Shown here: positions 12,260 to 24,985 of the stretch, one piece after another | Layout of the letters: each line of letters opens with the position of its first letter | Numbering within the stretch: position 1 is the stretch's first letter | Assembly: GCA_964016885.1 (NCBI GenBank) | Contig: OZ024740.1 | Span: forward strand, 48,360,001 to 48,424,000 | Length of the DNA stretch: 64,000 nt | Source of the DNA: Eledone cirrhosa | Taxonomy: Eukaryota | Direction of reading: 5' to 3' | The notes under the pieces: generated by a model | What the model was told of the DNA's origin: nothing | Database searches by the model: none | The model's input: the letters and a program-made list of their open reading frames with translations, nothing else | Program-made: the position numbers and the translations under genes

Positions 12260-12815
12260 TATGAGCAACATTTTCCCTTGTGTTGGTACCACAATAAAAC
12301 ACCCAGCACACACTGTAAAGTGTTTGATCTTATGAAAGGCTTCCAGCCATAGAAACCATGCCAAAAGGGGCTGAGAAGCCCCACCAATCATGACACAACA
12401 ACCTCTCTGGTGCTGGTGCTATGAAAAATGCAATCAGTCACCCTTTAAGGTGGTTAGTGGTAGGATGGGCTTCCAGCTGTCGTGCCCATGCCAAAAAATG
12501 GATATTCAGTTGTGTCGAGGGTACAACAACCTCAGTGTTTGTGACATGATACACACACACACACACAGACAGTATACTCTGTAAAGTGGTTGGTGATAGA
12601 AAGAGTATCCAGCCATAGAAAAATTGTCAAGCAAAGTGTTGAGACGACTCTTCAGCTATGTTAAAGACACCACAACCTTGATAGTGCTATGATAAAATGC
12701 ACTCTGTAAGGTGCAGGAATATGTGATACAGGACATTGGCCTCTCTGAGAGGTCAGTAGCTCTGATTAAGTACTAACTTGGTCTGGCAGGGAAAGTGGAT
12801 ATTAAATGGTGATGA
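12260..12815 (+). mobile_element. Old retroposon with 3-4 tandem copies of the ctgtaaagtggttgg..catccagc module
   Basis: Degenerate module copies near 12300, 12440 and 12575; RTE-like tail gtggatattaaatggtgatgatg. Confidence 0.5.
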
Positions 12816-13197
12816 TGGTTGCAACTGCAATGCCTTTTATCAAACATCTGTTCGTGCAGTGCTGATCTGCTAGAAATAACAGCTAAATCTCTCTCAAATC
12901 ACTGATGATGACTTGAACAGCTTAGGTCTGGGTAGGTGGGTAAACAACAAATAAGAAGAGACAATACAGTATGTTCACATTAAAATTAGTCTCTGCAATT
13001 GATAAATGTAATTAAAACTTAAAATTCTATATAAAAAAACATACCAAAAAAGCTTGATGTTTTTTTTTTTTTAAATATCTTGATTCCTTGTAGTTTGCAC
13101 TTGTTTTCTTTGTTTTATCCAGGAAACAAATCGGAATAGGTTACTATTATTATAGTTTATAAATAACATTATTTGTGATGACCAATAACTATATAAT

Positions 13198-13569
13198 TGT
13201 TTCTACATTTGGAACAAGGCCAGCAATTACTCCAGTGTATTACTGGTACTTTATTTTATCGACTCCCATAAGGATGAAAAGCAAAGTTAACCTCAGCGGG
13301 ATTTGAACTCAGACCATAAAGGGCCGTAACTCTTTGCTGCAAAGCATGGCGTCCGACCCTCTACTGATACTGCCAATCCACCGACTAATAACTATATAAT
13401 TGTTTCTACTTTTGGAACAAGGCCAGCAATTACTCCAGTGTATTACTGGTACTTTATTTTATCGACCCCGTAAGGATGAAAGGCAAAGTTAACCTCGGCG
13501 GGATTTGAACTCGGTCCGTAAAGGGACGTAACTGTGTTGCAAAGCATGGCGTCCGACCTTCCACCGCTT
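13198..13569 (-). mobile_element. Two tandem family-1 SINEs
   Basis: Two near full-length reverse copies separated and flanked by ataactatataat (13185, 13388, 13570). Confidence 0.85.
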
Positions 13570-15007
13570 ATAACTATATAATGATGTCTCTAAAGACAGT
13601 GTTTGGATATTATTTTACATCTACACTTGAACAACTTCTTGATTTTAGGATAAAGGGATTTATCAATATTGATCATCTTTTTATTCCATACTTTGATCAT
13701 AAAAATTTCTCTGAATCAGCATTTGATGTTCATAACTACATACTCAAAGGACTTCTAGTGTGTCATTTGACCTGCTAGAAATAATAGCAGTCAAGTAACT
13801 TTCAAATTGCATGGGTAAAAACACATTTGATATTATATGCAATGCCTAAGAAAAGGATGGGATGGTCATGCAGAAGTACCTTTGTTCATGGGTCTCCTCA
13901 GTTAGAGTTGACTTGGGCCTAACTTTAGTTGATATTAATACATTGTCTATCCTTGTCTTATTTGTTGCTCAAAGAAACAATGGAATGATAGAAATAAAAT
14001 AGCCAAGTAGATAAATTTTATTGCACCGTATCGGAATGAATGTGAGAATATAGTGACCTTTCATCCCAGTTATAATCTTAATATTTTCTGCTTCTTAAAA
14101 TGAATATCTCACAATTATTTTTTTTTTTTTTACTGATTTACTAATTTCATTTGAGTGTGGCCATGCTAGAACACCTCCTTTAAAGATTTTAGTCAGTTAT
14201 ATTAACACCACTACATTGGTACTTATTGACCTTGGAGGAGAAAAGGCAGTCAACCATCCCATGCCATTTCCTATATATATCATCATTGTTTTAACGTTGA
14301 CTTTCCCTGCTACTGGGGCTTCTTCCTTAGATGAGCTGCTGATGTTCAAATTTTATGTAGGAGCTCAGCTGTACAGGGTCTGAGGATACCTGAGGTATCG
14401 ATGGTGCAATGAGGAAATGAAATGTTCTTTTGGATCATCATGATCACCACGTTTTATGTCCCCTTTCATGCAAATGCGAATTGCACATAGAACCTATCAT
14501 CAGGTTATTTAGATCTTTAGTTTCTTTTGCTCTCTATGGAGCACTAAACAACAGATCTGTTCATCATTTCTGTAGCAATATTGATTAATGGAGGTAAGGT
14601 TGCTAGCCTTGTGCTCCATCCTTCCTCCCTTCTCAACACATGCCAAGAACTAACCTAGCCATCTGAGCCGGGGACTCGAATCTCTTTGCTGTACTTTTTC
14701 TTTTTTCAGAAACGTTTATCTTCTTTGATTGGTTTGCAACAGCTTATTTAGATATACATTACATCTCGTGTTTATCTTCTTTTTTTTTTTTTTTATTAAA
14801 TGAATATCATTTATATATGAATTTAAAATCATGAATCTGTTTATATTGATGGAGTTCATTCTTTGGTATAGTATATTGAATTGACTTCATTATATTACTG
14901 ATACTTTATCATGTGGAAAAATGAAACTAAATTTAACAAAGGTATTCTACTGTTTCTTGTAACACACTCTATTACATTTTTTTTAAATTGTAGTTTGCCA
15001 GTCCAAC

Positions 15008-15075
15008 ATGGCTGACGAAATAAAACTTCAAACTGCTCCATTTGATGCAAGATTTCCTAACCAGAATCAAACAAG
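15008..15075 (+). CDS. COX6B: Cytochrome c oxidase subunit 6B, coding exon 1
   Basis: MADEIKLQTAPFDARFPNQNQT(R): the TAPFD.RFPNQNQTR signature; donor AG|gtaagc, phase 2. Confidence 0.97.
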
Positions 15076-15203
15076 GTAAGCTAAAATACCTTTAAGTAAA
15101 TATTTTACTTAAGCTAAATTAAAGAAAGGCTTCTCTGAAATGTTCTGTTTACAAAATTAATCTAACATTAAAAGATGAGATGAATAAATACAATAGTTAC
15201 ATA

Positions 15204-15483
15204 AACATTTTTTCATGCTCAGAGTTGCTGAAGCATGGAACAAACTACCTGCATCAGTTATTAGCTGTCGAGACACTGCATCCTTTAAAACCTCCATGCT
15301 TCCTGAGATTCGCCAACACTACACCTGATATCCCCCTTCCATACACATGCACACGTGTATATCATGACTCGTACACTATTCACTTCTCTGACATTTGTAT
15401 ATTATTCTATGTACTATACATGCATCTTTGATGAGTTGTAGTGCACCTGAGCACTGTACACAATAATTTCACTATTATTATTA
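15204..15483 (+). mobile_element. CR1 LINE 3' fragment
   Basis: Similar to 17820-18070; ends gcacctgagcactgtacacaat..(TTA)n. Confidence 0.85.
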
Positions 15484-15499
15484 TAAGCTGAAAGGTTTA

Positions 15500-18072
15500 T
15501 CATGGTTTTAACTTTTCGGTAATTCCTTGCATTCATTTGAACGAATCACAAGAAGTTTTTTTTTGTGACATACGTATGACCATGTCAACACTTCTGCTTG
15601 GTGTTGTTTATCGCCACCCCCAAACTACCATCAAGACACACAGCTTTGCGATATCCTCAGAGCTGCTGCCAAGAAAACAGCCACTTATGTGTTTATTGCA
15701 GGTGACTTCAATCATCCTGAGATCGATTGGGAAACCTTTCATTGGCCACAAAGTGCAAACGATTTCTTTGAGCTAGTGCTGGACTCAAACTGGTCACAAG
15801 TAGTCACCTCTCCGACAAGAGGTGACAACACTTTGGACCTGATCTTCACCACTACTCCTGAAGTGGTTATCAGTTGTACTACTGAGGAACCTCTAGGCGA
15901 CTCTGATCATGCTATGATCATTGCCAATCTGGCTCTTGCGGGCAACAACAAAAACCAGAGACATCTCCAATCTGCTTGCTTTGATTGGAAGAAAGCAGAT
16001 TGGAACTTGTACTGTACTGAGCTACAGCACCCAAACTGGCATGAGTTCTATAACTCTGGAGATGTGAACACTATACTCCAGAGCATCCTGGACTCAATAT
16101 GGATAGCGTGTGCAGCATCGGTGCCACGTAAGCAGAAAAAAACCCACCCCAAAAGTGCAATTTGGGAAACTTCAGCGGTCCGACTTGCCAGGAAAGAACG
16201 TTGGAACGCTGAATGGGAATATAAACTGCATAAATCAGATGCCAATAGAAAAAGGCGGAATAAATCTTCCAACCATCTCAAGCAAGTGACAAAAAAGGCA
16301 GTGCTTGAATTTGAACAGTGCATAGCAACCAATCCTGACAGTAAGGTGTTCTGGAAATATGTTCATTCAAAGCAGAGACCTCACTCTCCAGTTGGTCCTC
16401 TTCGCAATCCCCACACAAGCCAGATCACTGACGATCCCAAGGAATGCGCAGAACTCATTGCTGAGTGCTATGCAAGCATTTTTACTGTTGAAAACCAGAA
16501 TGTACCATCTCTAACATCAAATTCCATAAGAACTATGGAATTTACACCTGCAATGCTGCGACATCACCTTAAGAATAAGCGCAACTATGCCTCCCCTGGT
16601 CTTGATGGTGTTATATACCTGCTTCTCAAACGTGGCGGGTACTTCCTTTTGCACCAGCTTTCTTTCTTCTTTCAATACTGTCTCAACAATTGTGCTACTC
16701 CGGAGCAGTGGAAAACTGCCAGTGTCATTCCCCTGTTCAAAAAGGGTGACCGCATGTCACCTGTCAACTATCGTCCAGTCAGTCTTACTAGCTGTATTGC
16801 CAAACTGATGGAATCCTGTGTCAGAGAAACACTTTGGAACTTCTGGAGCTCTCACAGCCTCATCTGGCCCTCGCAGTTTGGATTTATGGCGGCTCATGGG
16901 TGGATGTTGTTTACCTTGACTTCGCTAAGGCTTTTAATTCTGTGCCACACAAAAGACTTATGGCAAAACTCTGCAATGGGTGTGAGGGATGATCTTTTTA
17001 ACTGGTTGAAATCCTTCATTCTCAGCCGAAAAGAGGTAGTCACGGTTCTAGGACAGCATTCTTCACCATATGAGATGTCATCTGGTGTACCACAAGGATC
17101 TGTTCTTGGTCCCCTTTTGTTTGTTGACATAGATGCCAACTTAAAGAATGCCACGGTACTGAAATAGGCAGATAACATCAAGCTGTACCTTGAAATCAAA
17201 AGGACTGATCCTGAAATCTACAACTCTTTCCTACAATCAGACCTGGACACAATGCAGCAATGGATCACAGACTGGCAACTGAAGCTGGCTGTGGACAAGT
17301 GTACCACCATGCATTTTGGGAGGAAAAAATCCACCGTCCACATACTCCCTCCACACCACTGATATCAAGAAGTCCTCTTGTGAACGTGACCTGGGCATTA
17401 CTGTCAGCAGCGATTTGCATTGGACAAAGCATGTCTCTAAGATTGTCAGGAAGGCCGACGGTGTCTTGGCATCACTCAGCAAGACCTTTGTTAGCCGCTC
17501 TCCAGCCATCTATTTAAAGCTGTATACAGCTATGGTACGACCACACTTGGAATTTGCATCATCAGTTGGAACCCCTATCTTGCTCAGAACATTGACCTCT
17601 TGGAAACTGTTCAGAAACGTGCAACCAAGCGCAGACACCTACCATACGCTGAACGCCTTGCTTCCCTGGGCTTGGATTCATTGAAGCTCCGACGTCTGGC
17701 AATGGACTTCTTAACCATCTCACCAATGACAACCCTGAGCACCTTTTTGATCTCCATGTGTCTAACACACGTGGACATGCCTACAAAATCAGAAAACAGC
17801 ACAGCTCCCATGACTTTCGGAAACATTTTTTCACGCTGAGTTGCTGAAGCATGGAACAAACTGCCTGCATCAGTTGTTAGCTGCCGAGACACTGCAACCT
17901 TTAAAACCCTCATGCTTCCTGAAATTCGCCAAAACTACACCTGATGTACCCCTTCCATATACATTGTTCATTTTCCTGACGTTTGTACACTACCCTATGT
18001 ACTATACATACACTTTTTGATGAGTTGCAGTGCACCTGAGCACTGTACACAATATTTCATTATTATTATTAT
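15500..18072 (+). mobile_element. CR1-clade LINE (APE + RT), 5'-truncated and frameshifted, in COX6B intron
   Basis: AGDFNHPEIDW, PTRGDNTLDL, GDSDH, KKGD..NYRPVSLT, SGVPQGSVLGP, RPHLEFAS, TRGHAYK, AWNKLP motifs; (TTA)n tail. Confidence 0.92.
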
Positions 18073-18348
18073 TTTTTTAAATTTAAATTTCTTTCCATTG
18101 GTAACATGTATATTGTGTACATTATTCATATTGCTTCATATTGCTTAACATACAACAAAAATAGTCCCATTTCAGAGCTGTGTGGTTTAAAAAACAATTT
18201 CTTGGTGCAAAACAGAACAAAACAAAAAATAGTTTCATTATTGTTTTTTTCATGCCAATTTCTATTTTTAAAAAAATCTTTGTTGTATCACACTGTCTAC
18301 TTTCAATTTAAGTGTTTTAATTGCTTGTGATTTATTATTTTTAAACAG

Positions 18349-18463
18349 AAATTGCTGGCAGAACTATGTAGACTTTCATAGATGTCACAAAATCAAAGGG
18401 GAGGACTATGAACCATGTGATTACTTCAAGAGGGTTTACAGGTCAATTTGCCCTAATTCCTGG
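18349..18463 (+). CDS. COX6B: COX6B coding exon 2
   Basis: aaacag|A AAT TGC...: [38 protein letters not shown] with the Cx9C and Cx10C cysteine pairs; donor gtatgt, phase 0. Confidence 0.97.
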
Positions 18464-18608
18464 GTATGTTCTTTAATGTTCTTCTTGTAAATATATGTAA
18501 TCTTTAAAAAAATCTCACCCACAACCTTAGGCTCTTTTCTAAGTAATTACTTGAAGTGTGAGTCTACTTCTTCACGCGATTTTCCTTAGAGTTTGCTTTT
18601 ATTGTGGC

Positions 18609-20966
18609 TGTGGGAATTCTTGAAAGTGAACCTGCTGAAAGCAACGGATGAAATCTGTGGCTGGAGCAGACTTATTGGCAGGAGGAGAGTAACTTGGTGG
18701 AGGAGACAATCAAGGCCTAAAAGCAGGCTTGGAAAGTATGGCAGGATGGGGGAAGTAGAGAGCACTATCAAGTGGCCAGGAGACAAGTGTACCTGCAAAA
18801 GGGAAGCAGAGGATAGAAAGTTCAAGCATGTTCTACAACATGCAAACCAAAAACGTGAGGTGTTCAGGATTGCTAGGCAATGTGTCAAAAAGAACCGTGA
18901 TATTGTCGGGGAGAAGTGTGTCCGTAATGATATCGGTGTACTTGCCCTCACTGATACTGATAAGAAGATAGCCTGGAAATGAGGAAAAAGATAGTCTGCC
19001 CCAAATCAATCCAATAGAAGGACTAGCGGTGAAACTTAAATGTAGTATAATAAGTAAGGCAATCAAAGATATGAAGACAGGCAAGGCATCTGGAATGGTG
19101 GGTCACCCGTATAGTTAACCAAGTAATACAGAATGGGGTCATACCAAAAGACTGGCGTAGCAGCATCATCATTAACTGCTACAAGGGTAAAGGGGATGCT
19201 CTAGATAGGGGAAACTATAGAGGCATTAAGTTAGTTGACCAGGTCATGAAGGTCACAGAAAGAGTTATAGCGCAACTAATCAGAGAGCGAATTGATCTAG
19301 ATGAAATGCAGTTTGGGTTTGTGTCAGGTAAAAGTACAACTACAGAAGTACCTAGCTAAAAGTAAACCCCTCTACTTAGCTTTTGTAGACCTGGAGAAAG
19401 CCTTTGACAGAGTCCCCCGCTCCATTATCTGGTGGGCTCTTAGAAAACTAGGTGTAGATGAATGGCTTGTGAGAGCTATACAAGCTATGTATAAAGAAAC
19501 AGTCAGTAACGTTAGAATTAACAATGAATATTGTGAAGAATTTAGCGTAAAAGTTGGTGTTCATCAAGGCTCTGACCTTAGCCCCTCCTATTTATTATTG
19601 CCCTTCAGGTTATAACAGGAGTTCATGAGAATTCCTATACGCAGATCTAACTCTCATAGCTGAATCTATGGCTGAACTAGAGAAGAAATTCCAAACATGG
19701 AAGCATGGCCTAGAATCAAAAGGCCTTAAAGTTAACTTGTCTAAGACTAAAGTTCTAGTTTGTAGGAAGGAAAATAGGGCACAGATGCTCGCAGGGAAAT
19801 AGCCATACTCAGTGTGTAGCAAAGGAATAGGCAGAAATTCCATTTTATGTCCCAAATGCAAACTATGGGTACATAAAAGATGTAGTCGGATCACAGGTAA
19901 ACTATCTAAGAACGTAGACTTTATATGTGGCCGATGCTCAGGTGCAATAGGTAGCAAGTGCACACAGGATACTAGCTCCTTCTATTGCCCAGATGGTTCT
20001 ATAGAAATAGTGGAAACTTTCTGTTACCTGGATGACAAAATCAGCAGTGGAGGAGGGTGTTCTGAAAGTACAGTAGCCAGAGTCAGAACAGGATGGAAAA
20101 AGTTCAGAGAGCTTATACCGCTGTTGGCCACAAAAGGTTTCTCTAAAAATGAAAGGCAGATTGTATGATGCCTGTATACGAACAGCAATGCTTCATGGCA
20201 GTGAGACATGGGCATTGTGTACAGAGGACCTGCGCAGACTGGAAAGGAACGAAGCAGGCATGCTCTGTTGGATGTGTAATAGTAATATACGTGAACGGCA
20301 AAGCATAAATGAACTAAGTGAGAAATTAAGAATAAGAGGGATCAGATGCTGTTTATTTGAGAGAAGACTACGTTGGTATGGCCACGTGATGCGCATGAAA
20401 GACAACAGCTGTATAAAAAATTGCAGGGTGATCAAAATTGATGGTAGTTACGGAGTGGGTACACGCAGAAAAACCTGGGACGATCTGATAAATTCCAACC
20501 TTACACACTGGCACCTCTCTAAGACAATGTCACTGGACCGAGATCTTTGGCGCTATGCAGTAATACAGAAGACCTGCCTTGCCTATGTATAAAGTGAAAC
20601 TTACAGTCAGTAGGCACCTCTTAACCAAATATACACCTACCCTCCCACCAACACCACCCTCTCTCTGTAAAGTTGGTACCACAACATCCAGTCCAAATAA
20701 ATAAGATCGAGATCGTGTAGGTGTCACAACAAAAAATACACAGCCCATGCTGTAATGTGGCCGTGTAGGTAACACGGTAAAAAGTACCCAGTTCCACACT
20801 GTAAATGTGGTTGGTGTTAGGAAGGGCATCCAGCCATAGAAAACCTGCCAGATAGTCCTATATGAGCGAGATATGGTCACCCGACCAACCTTGCCTCAAG
20901 TGGGACAACTCCTGTCTAACCCATGCTAGCGTGGAAGATGGACGTTAAACAAAGATGATGATGATG
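18609..20966 (+). mobile_element. RTE LINE, PHD-bearing subfamily A, decayed
   Basis: YKGKGD..RGNYRGIKL, FVDLEKAFDRVPR, GVHQGS, Cys cluster, RRLRWYGHV; 3' UTR and (GAT)n tail. Confidence 0.9.
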
Positions 20967-21995
20967 TTTGACAGTTTCCTCCCAGTGATCTCGTTTATTA
21001 GCTTCCAACTTTCTCCATGCAGATTCTACTTCAGCTATCAATTTATCAAGTTCTTCCTCGGAAATAGTGTCATATGCTTTCTGCAGTGTACTCTTGCGTC
21101 GTTGAAGTTTCTGGCGATTACGCTCTGTTGGATTCTCTATGTATGCCTAGAAACCATCCAAAATTCTCGCAGGTGTTCTCTAAGGCGACATGCTTGCACC
21201 CTTCCTATTTGCAATTGTCCTCGATTATGCAATGAGACAGGCCATTCATAAGAAGAGTTGGGTTTCAAATTGGATCAAAGGAGAAGTTGTTGTCATTGAC
21301 AGACTTCGCCGATGACATTGCTTTGATCACAGAGGAAATCAGCTAAGCTCAAGCACTGCTCACATGTGTTGAGGTTGAATCAGGTAAAATAGGACTGCAT
21401 CTTAATGCAAAGACCAAAATCATGCAGTACAATCAGCTCTAGTTCTTGCTAAGGACGGTACAACAATAAAAACAGTTGAGAACTTTAAGTGTCTTGGTGC
21501 ATAGATGCACAGCTCACGCTAGGACTTTGAAGTTAGAAAAGCATTAGCATGGTCGGCATGCCACAAGCTACTGCAGTTGTGGAAGTCCAATCTTAACTGC
21601 AAAATCTTCCTGGCAACTGTTGAGTCCGTCCTGCTTTACAGCAGTGAAATATGGACTATTGACAAAGTGCTATGCAAGAGACTTGAAGGATGTTGAGAAT
21701 GGCTCTCAACATTTCATGGAAACTGAAGCTGACAAATAAGGAACTATACAGATGGCTACCACCAGTCTCAAAAATAGTTGCCTGCAGACGAATGAAACTG
21801 GCTGGGCACTGCATCCGTCATCCAGAAGAGATAGCATCACAACTTGTGCTCTGGAAACCGGCGGTTGGACGAAGAAGTGTGGAAAGACAGGCTGTCTAAT
21901 TCATTGATACCCTGCTGAACTGAGAAATGTCATGCTCAACCGGGACGATTGAAGAAAGTGTGCTGAATCTTTGCGAGTGTAAACTCAGCCGTAAT
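20967..21995 (+). mobile_element. Older RTE-type LINE fragment (no Cys insert)
   Basis: QGD.LAP, DFADDIAL, LAGHCIRHPEE remnants with many stops. Confidence 0.75.
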
Positions 21996-22078
21996 CTAAT
22001 CTTTAAAAAAGTTTTTGCATGTATAACATTTAAAATTTTTTTCTGTTAACATTGGTATATTTTACTTTCTTCTTCCAG

Positions 22079-22132
22079 GTAGAGAAATGGGATACACAAA
22101 TGGAAGAAGGAATATTTGCTGGCAAAATATGA
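22079..22132 (+). CDS. COX6B: COX6B coding exon 3
   Basis: ttccag|VEKWDTQMEEGIFAGKI*; the spliced protein is 78 aa; AATAAA at 22203-22208. Confidence 0.97.
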   Translation, partial: VEKWDTQMEEGIFAGKI

Positions 22133-22689
22133 TAGTTTAATTTATTAGAAATGTTTGCATTAAAGATGTTCTTTATAAAGCCATAAGATTGTAAGAAGTT
22201 TAAATAAATTGATTAGAATAATGTATTTGGTGTTCTGAAGATAATTAAGTGGCCTAGCCTTAAAAAGGTTAGCTTAGAACTGATAAAAAATAATTCAAAA
22301 ATGGTTTGTTTTCTAGTTTACAATGAAAATTTTAAAGAGAGAAATAAATTGAGGTGCAGGTTTTTAGGTAAATGAAGGTATATTTGTTAGAGAAAACCAC
22401 TCAGTTCTGCAAGTTAACATTTCAATTTAAATGACCATTAAAAAAATATGTACTCTAAATTCCAAGAGCAGAAAAATTTATTTCATTCATACCTTTGAGT
22501 TGTAGTGCACCTGAGCACTGTACACAATAAGTTCATGAAATTAGATGAGGTAATGAGGTTTTGTTTTATACTTTTATAATATAGCTATTTTACACAGAAA
22601 AGAAATGTGATCATTGAATTGGATGAAGTGGTGAGCTATTATAGTATATTTATATATCATCTAACCCCTGCTAGCATGGAAAAATTGAC

Positions 22690-23925
22690 ATTAAATGGTG
22701 ATGCTTTGAATCAACTGTAAAAGAAACATGGTAGACTTTGGGGTGAAGTTGGAATCCAACTTCAGATCAGCAATTAAAGTGTTCTGGCAGACCATCCACT
22801 TACTTCATAATAAATCCTCTTCCACACCTATCAGGAATGTGCCTAGGATTCTCCTCTCTTCGGAGAGATGGAGAGAATACATTGTTGATCTAAATCTGGT
22901 CATAACAGCATCTGATGTACATGAGCAATTAAAGAACTCAAATGTGGCCTCAGAGAAAGTATTCTCAGGCTGACCTGGATCTCTTGGAAAGGCACCTAAG
23001 CAATGGCAATCGGGAGTGATAAACTCAATTTTCAAAAAGATAGCGTAGGCTTTACAAGATCTCTCATCTAAGTGTCTGGCAAAGAGATGTGGGGATATTG
23101 TTGAGTCTAAGAAAACTAACAAACTGGCTTTCGCTCTGGATGCAACACAACCAACCAAATATTCACACCGCAGCAGATCTTTGAGAAATCATGGGAGTGT
23201 AGCCAAGAGGTGTATACTTGTTTTATAGACCTCGAAAAGGCATATGACCGTATTCCACAGGACCTGTTGTGGAAAACTCTGCAGGAGCATGGGATCAATG
23301 GATAGCTTGTTCCCCTGATGTCTCTACATGAATACTTGAGTATTTGTTTGGATAAATGGTGCTAAGTCAAAACCATTCAATGTGCATGTGTACTGTCACC
23401 TCTTCTATTCAGAATAAGAGTGCTGCTCAGCATGAAGGAAAATCATTGCTACAAAGACTGAGACATCCTCTCAAAGAAGTCTACGCAGTACACACTATAT
23501 GTGAGTGGCGTTCCACTGAAGTCAGTGGAGAAGTTATGTATCCTAGGTTCATGTTCACGAGTGATGGAAGGCAGGAGGTTAAATTAAGAGCAAAAAGCCA
23601 AACTCACTATCTTCAATTTGGTATTCATGTCAACCATTATCTATGGTCATGAATCTTGTGTAATGACTGAAAGAATTCAAGCGGCTGAAATGGGGTTCCT
23701 CCAAAGTGTGTAGCTTGGAGAACAGAATCGCTCCAGGTAGAACCACTACATCTTTGAATTAAGATATCACAACTCCCAATATTACAGACACGTTAGACTA
23801 TCTCAGGACGGATTTTACGGGAAAACCAACCGGCAGGGTGGTTGGATAACATCCATGAGCTTGGCTGGTCTCGCTTGGGGATCCAGGTGGTGCACTTGAG
23901 GACCCTCCCAGGAAAAAGTGGGCAA
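22690..23925 (+). mobile_element. Decayed RTE LINE
   Basis: CFIDLEKAYDRIP, ERWREY, PTI.YGHES remnants; related to 39255-40050. Confidence 0.75.
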
Positions 23926-23956
23926 ATAAGTAAAAGAAATCTGATCCTTGAGTCAT

Positions 23957-23962
23957 TTTATT
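23957..23962 (-). terminator. Candidate poly(A) signal of the TPP1/ACD-like gene
   Basis: tttatt on + (AATAAA on -), about 106 nt past the stop codon. Confidence 0.45.
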
Positions 23963-24067
23963 ACATATCTAAATTGTATATACTCTAAACCCAAAGAGCT
24001 GAAAAATACATGGCATTTTATAGCATACTTTTTTAATACATCTGAATTACAAGGAAAAGAAATCTGA

Positions 24068-24202
24068 TCACTGAATTGGATGAGTGGATGAGTTGGACCA
24101 GAATGTGTTAATATTTGCCAAAACATTTTCAGTAAATTTCAAACTGGTAAGAAGCATTTGATCTGCTGACATCGGTGGTATTTTCTGAAGAGATTTTAGT
24201 TT
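24068..24202 (-). CDS. ACD: TPP1/ACD-like gene, last coding exon (putative TIN2-binding motif)
   Basis: Acceptor ttttattttatag; KLKSLQKIPPMSADQMLLTSLKFTENVLANINTFWSNSSTHPIQ*; phase 0 fits the previous exon; resembles human TPP1 C-terminal [27 protein letters not shown]. Confidence 0.7.
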   Translation of the reverse strand, partial: KLKSLQKIPPMSADQMLLTSLKFTENVLANINTFWSNSSTHPIQ

Positions 24203-24329
24203 CTATAAAATAAAAAAAATATAAAATTAAGTATTTAAAAACCTATCAAAGTAAAACTTAATTTCATATTACTTCAATTTAAAGACATTGTATGTTTGTG
24301 ATATCTCTAATTGAAGTATTTGACATTTT

Positions 24330-24985
24330 TCTTTTCATCATTTTGCATGGGTTGGAAAGGTACTTCTCAGTACAGCATCTCTCCACTTGTCATGTTCCTT
24401 TGTCAGCGATTTGAGATCAGCTCTCACCACTTCCATCCAGGTCTTCCTCACTCAGTAATCATCATTCATGCACATCACATGTCCATACCAATGCAGTCTC
24501 CTCTCATGTACACTACATTTGATTCCTCTTGTACCCAGGTCGTCTATACTTCGTTCTCACACATCCATTGAAGCATTACTCTCCAGCCTCTGCATATCTC
24601 ACTACATGCAGCATCATACAGCAGACCTTTTGTTCATAGAGAGATATCTTTGTTAGCAGGGGTAATAATTCCCTAAACTTCTATCCTGTCCTTATTCTAG
24701 CTACTATGCTCTCAGAACACCCGCATTATATCACTTAGGTTGCAGAAGCTATTAACCACTTCTATGGATGCTTCCTGGGATTGGAAAAGGTTTATATGTG
24801 GGTAACTAGCTCAAATCCTACATCCCCAGATACTTTCAACATCACAGCAACTAAATCTGATAGTTCTGTGGCTTTACCATTTTTCATCTTCATTGCTTCT
24901 TTGACCTTATAACTGTCAATATCGATAGCTGGTCCCTCCCCATTCATTAACCAATCATAGCATTTCCAGGCCTATTTCTTTTGTG
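24330..24985 (-). mobile_element. Highly decayed RTE LINE fragments
   Basis: Reverse-strand RLHWYGHV, GPAI and KNGKA remnants. Confidence 0.7.
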
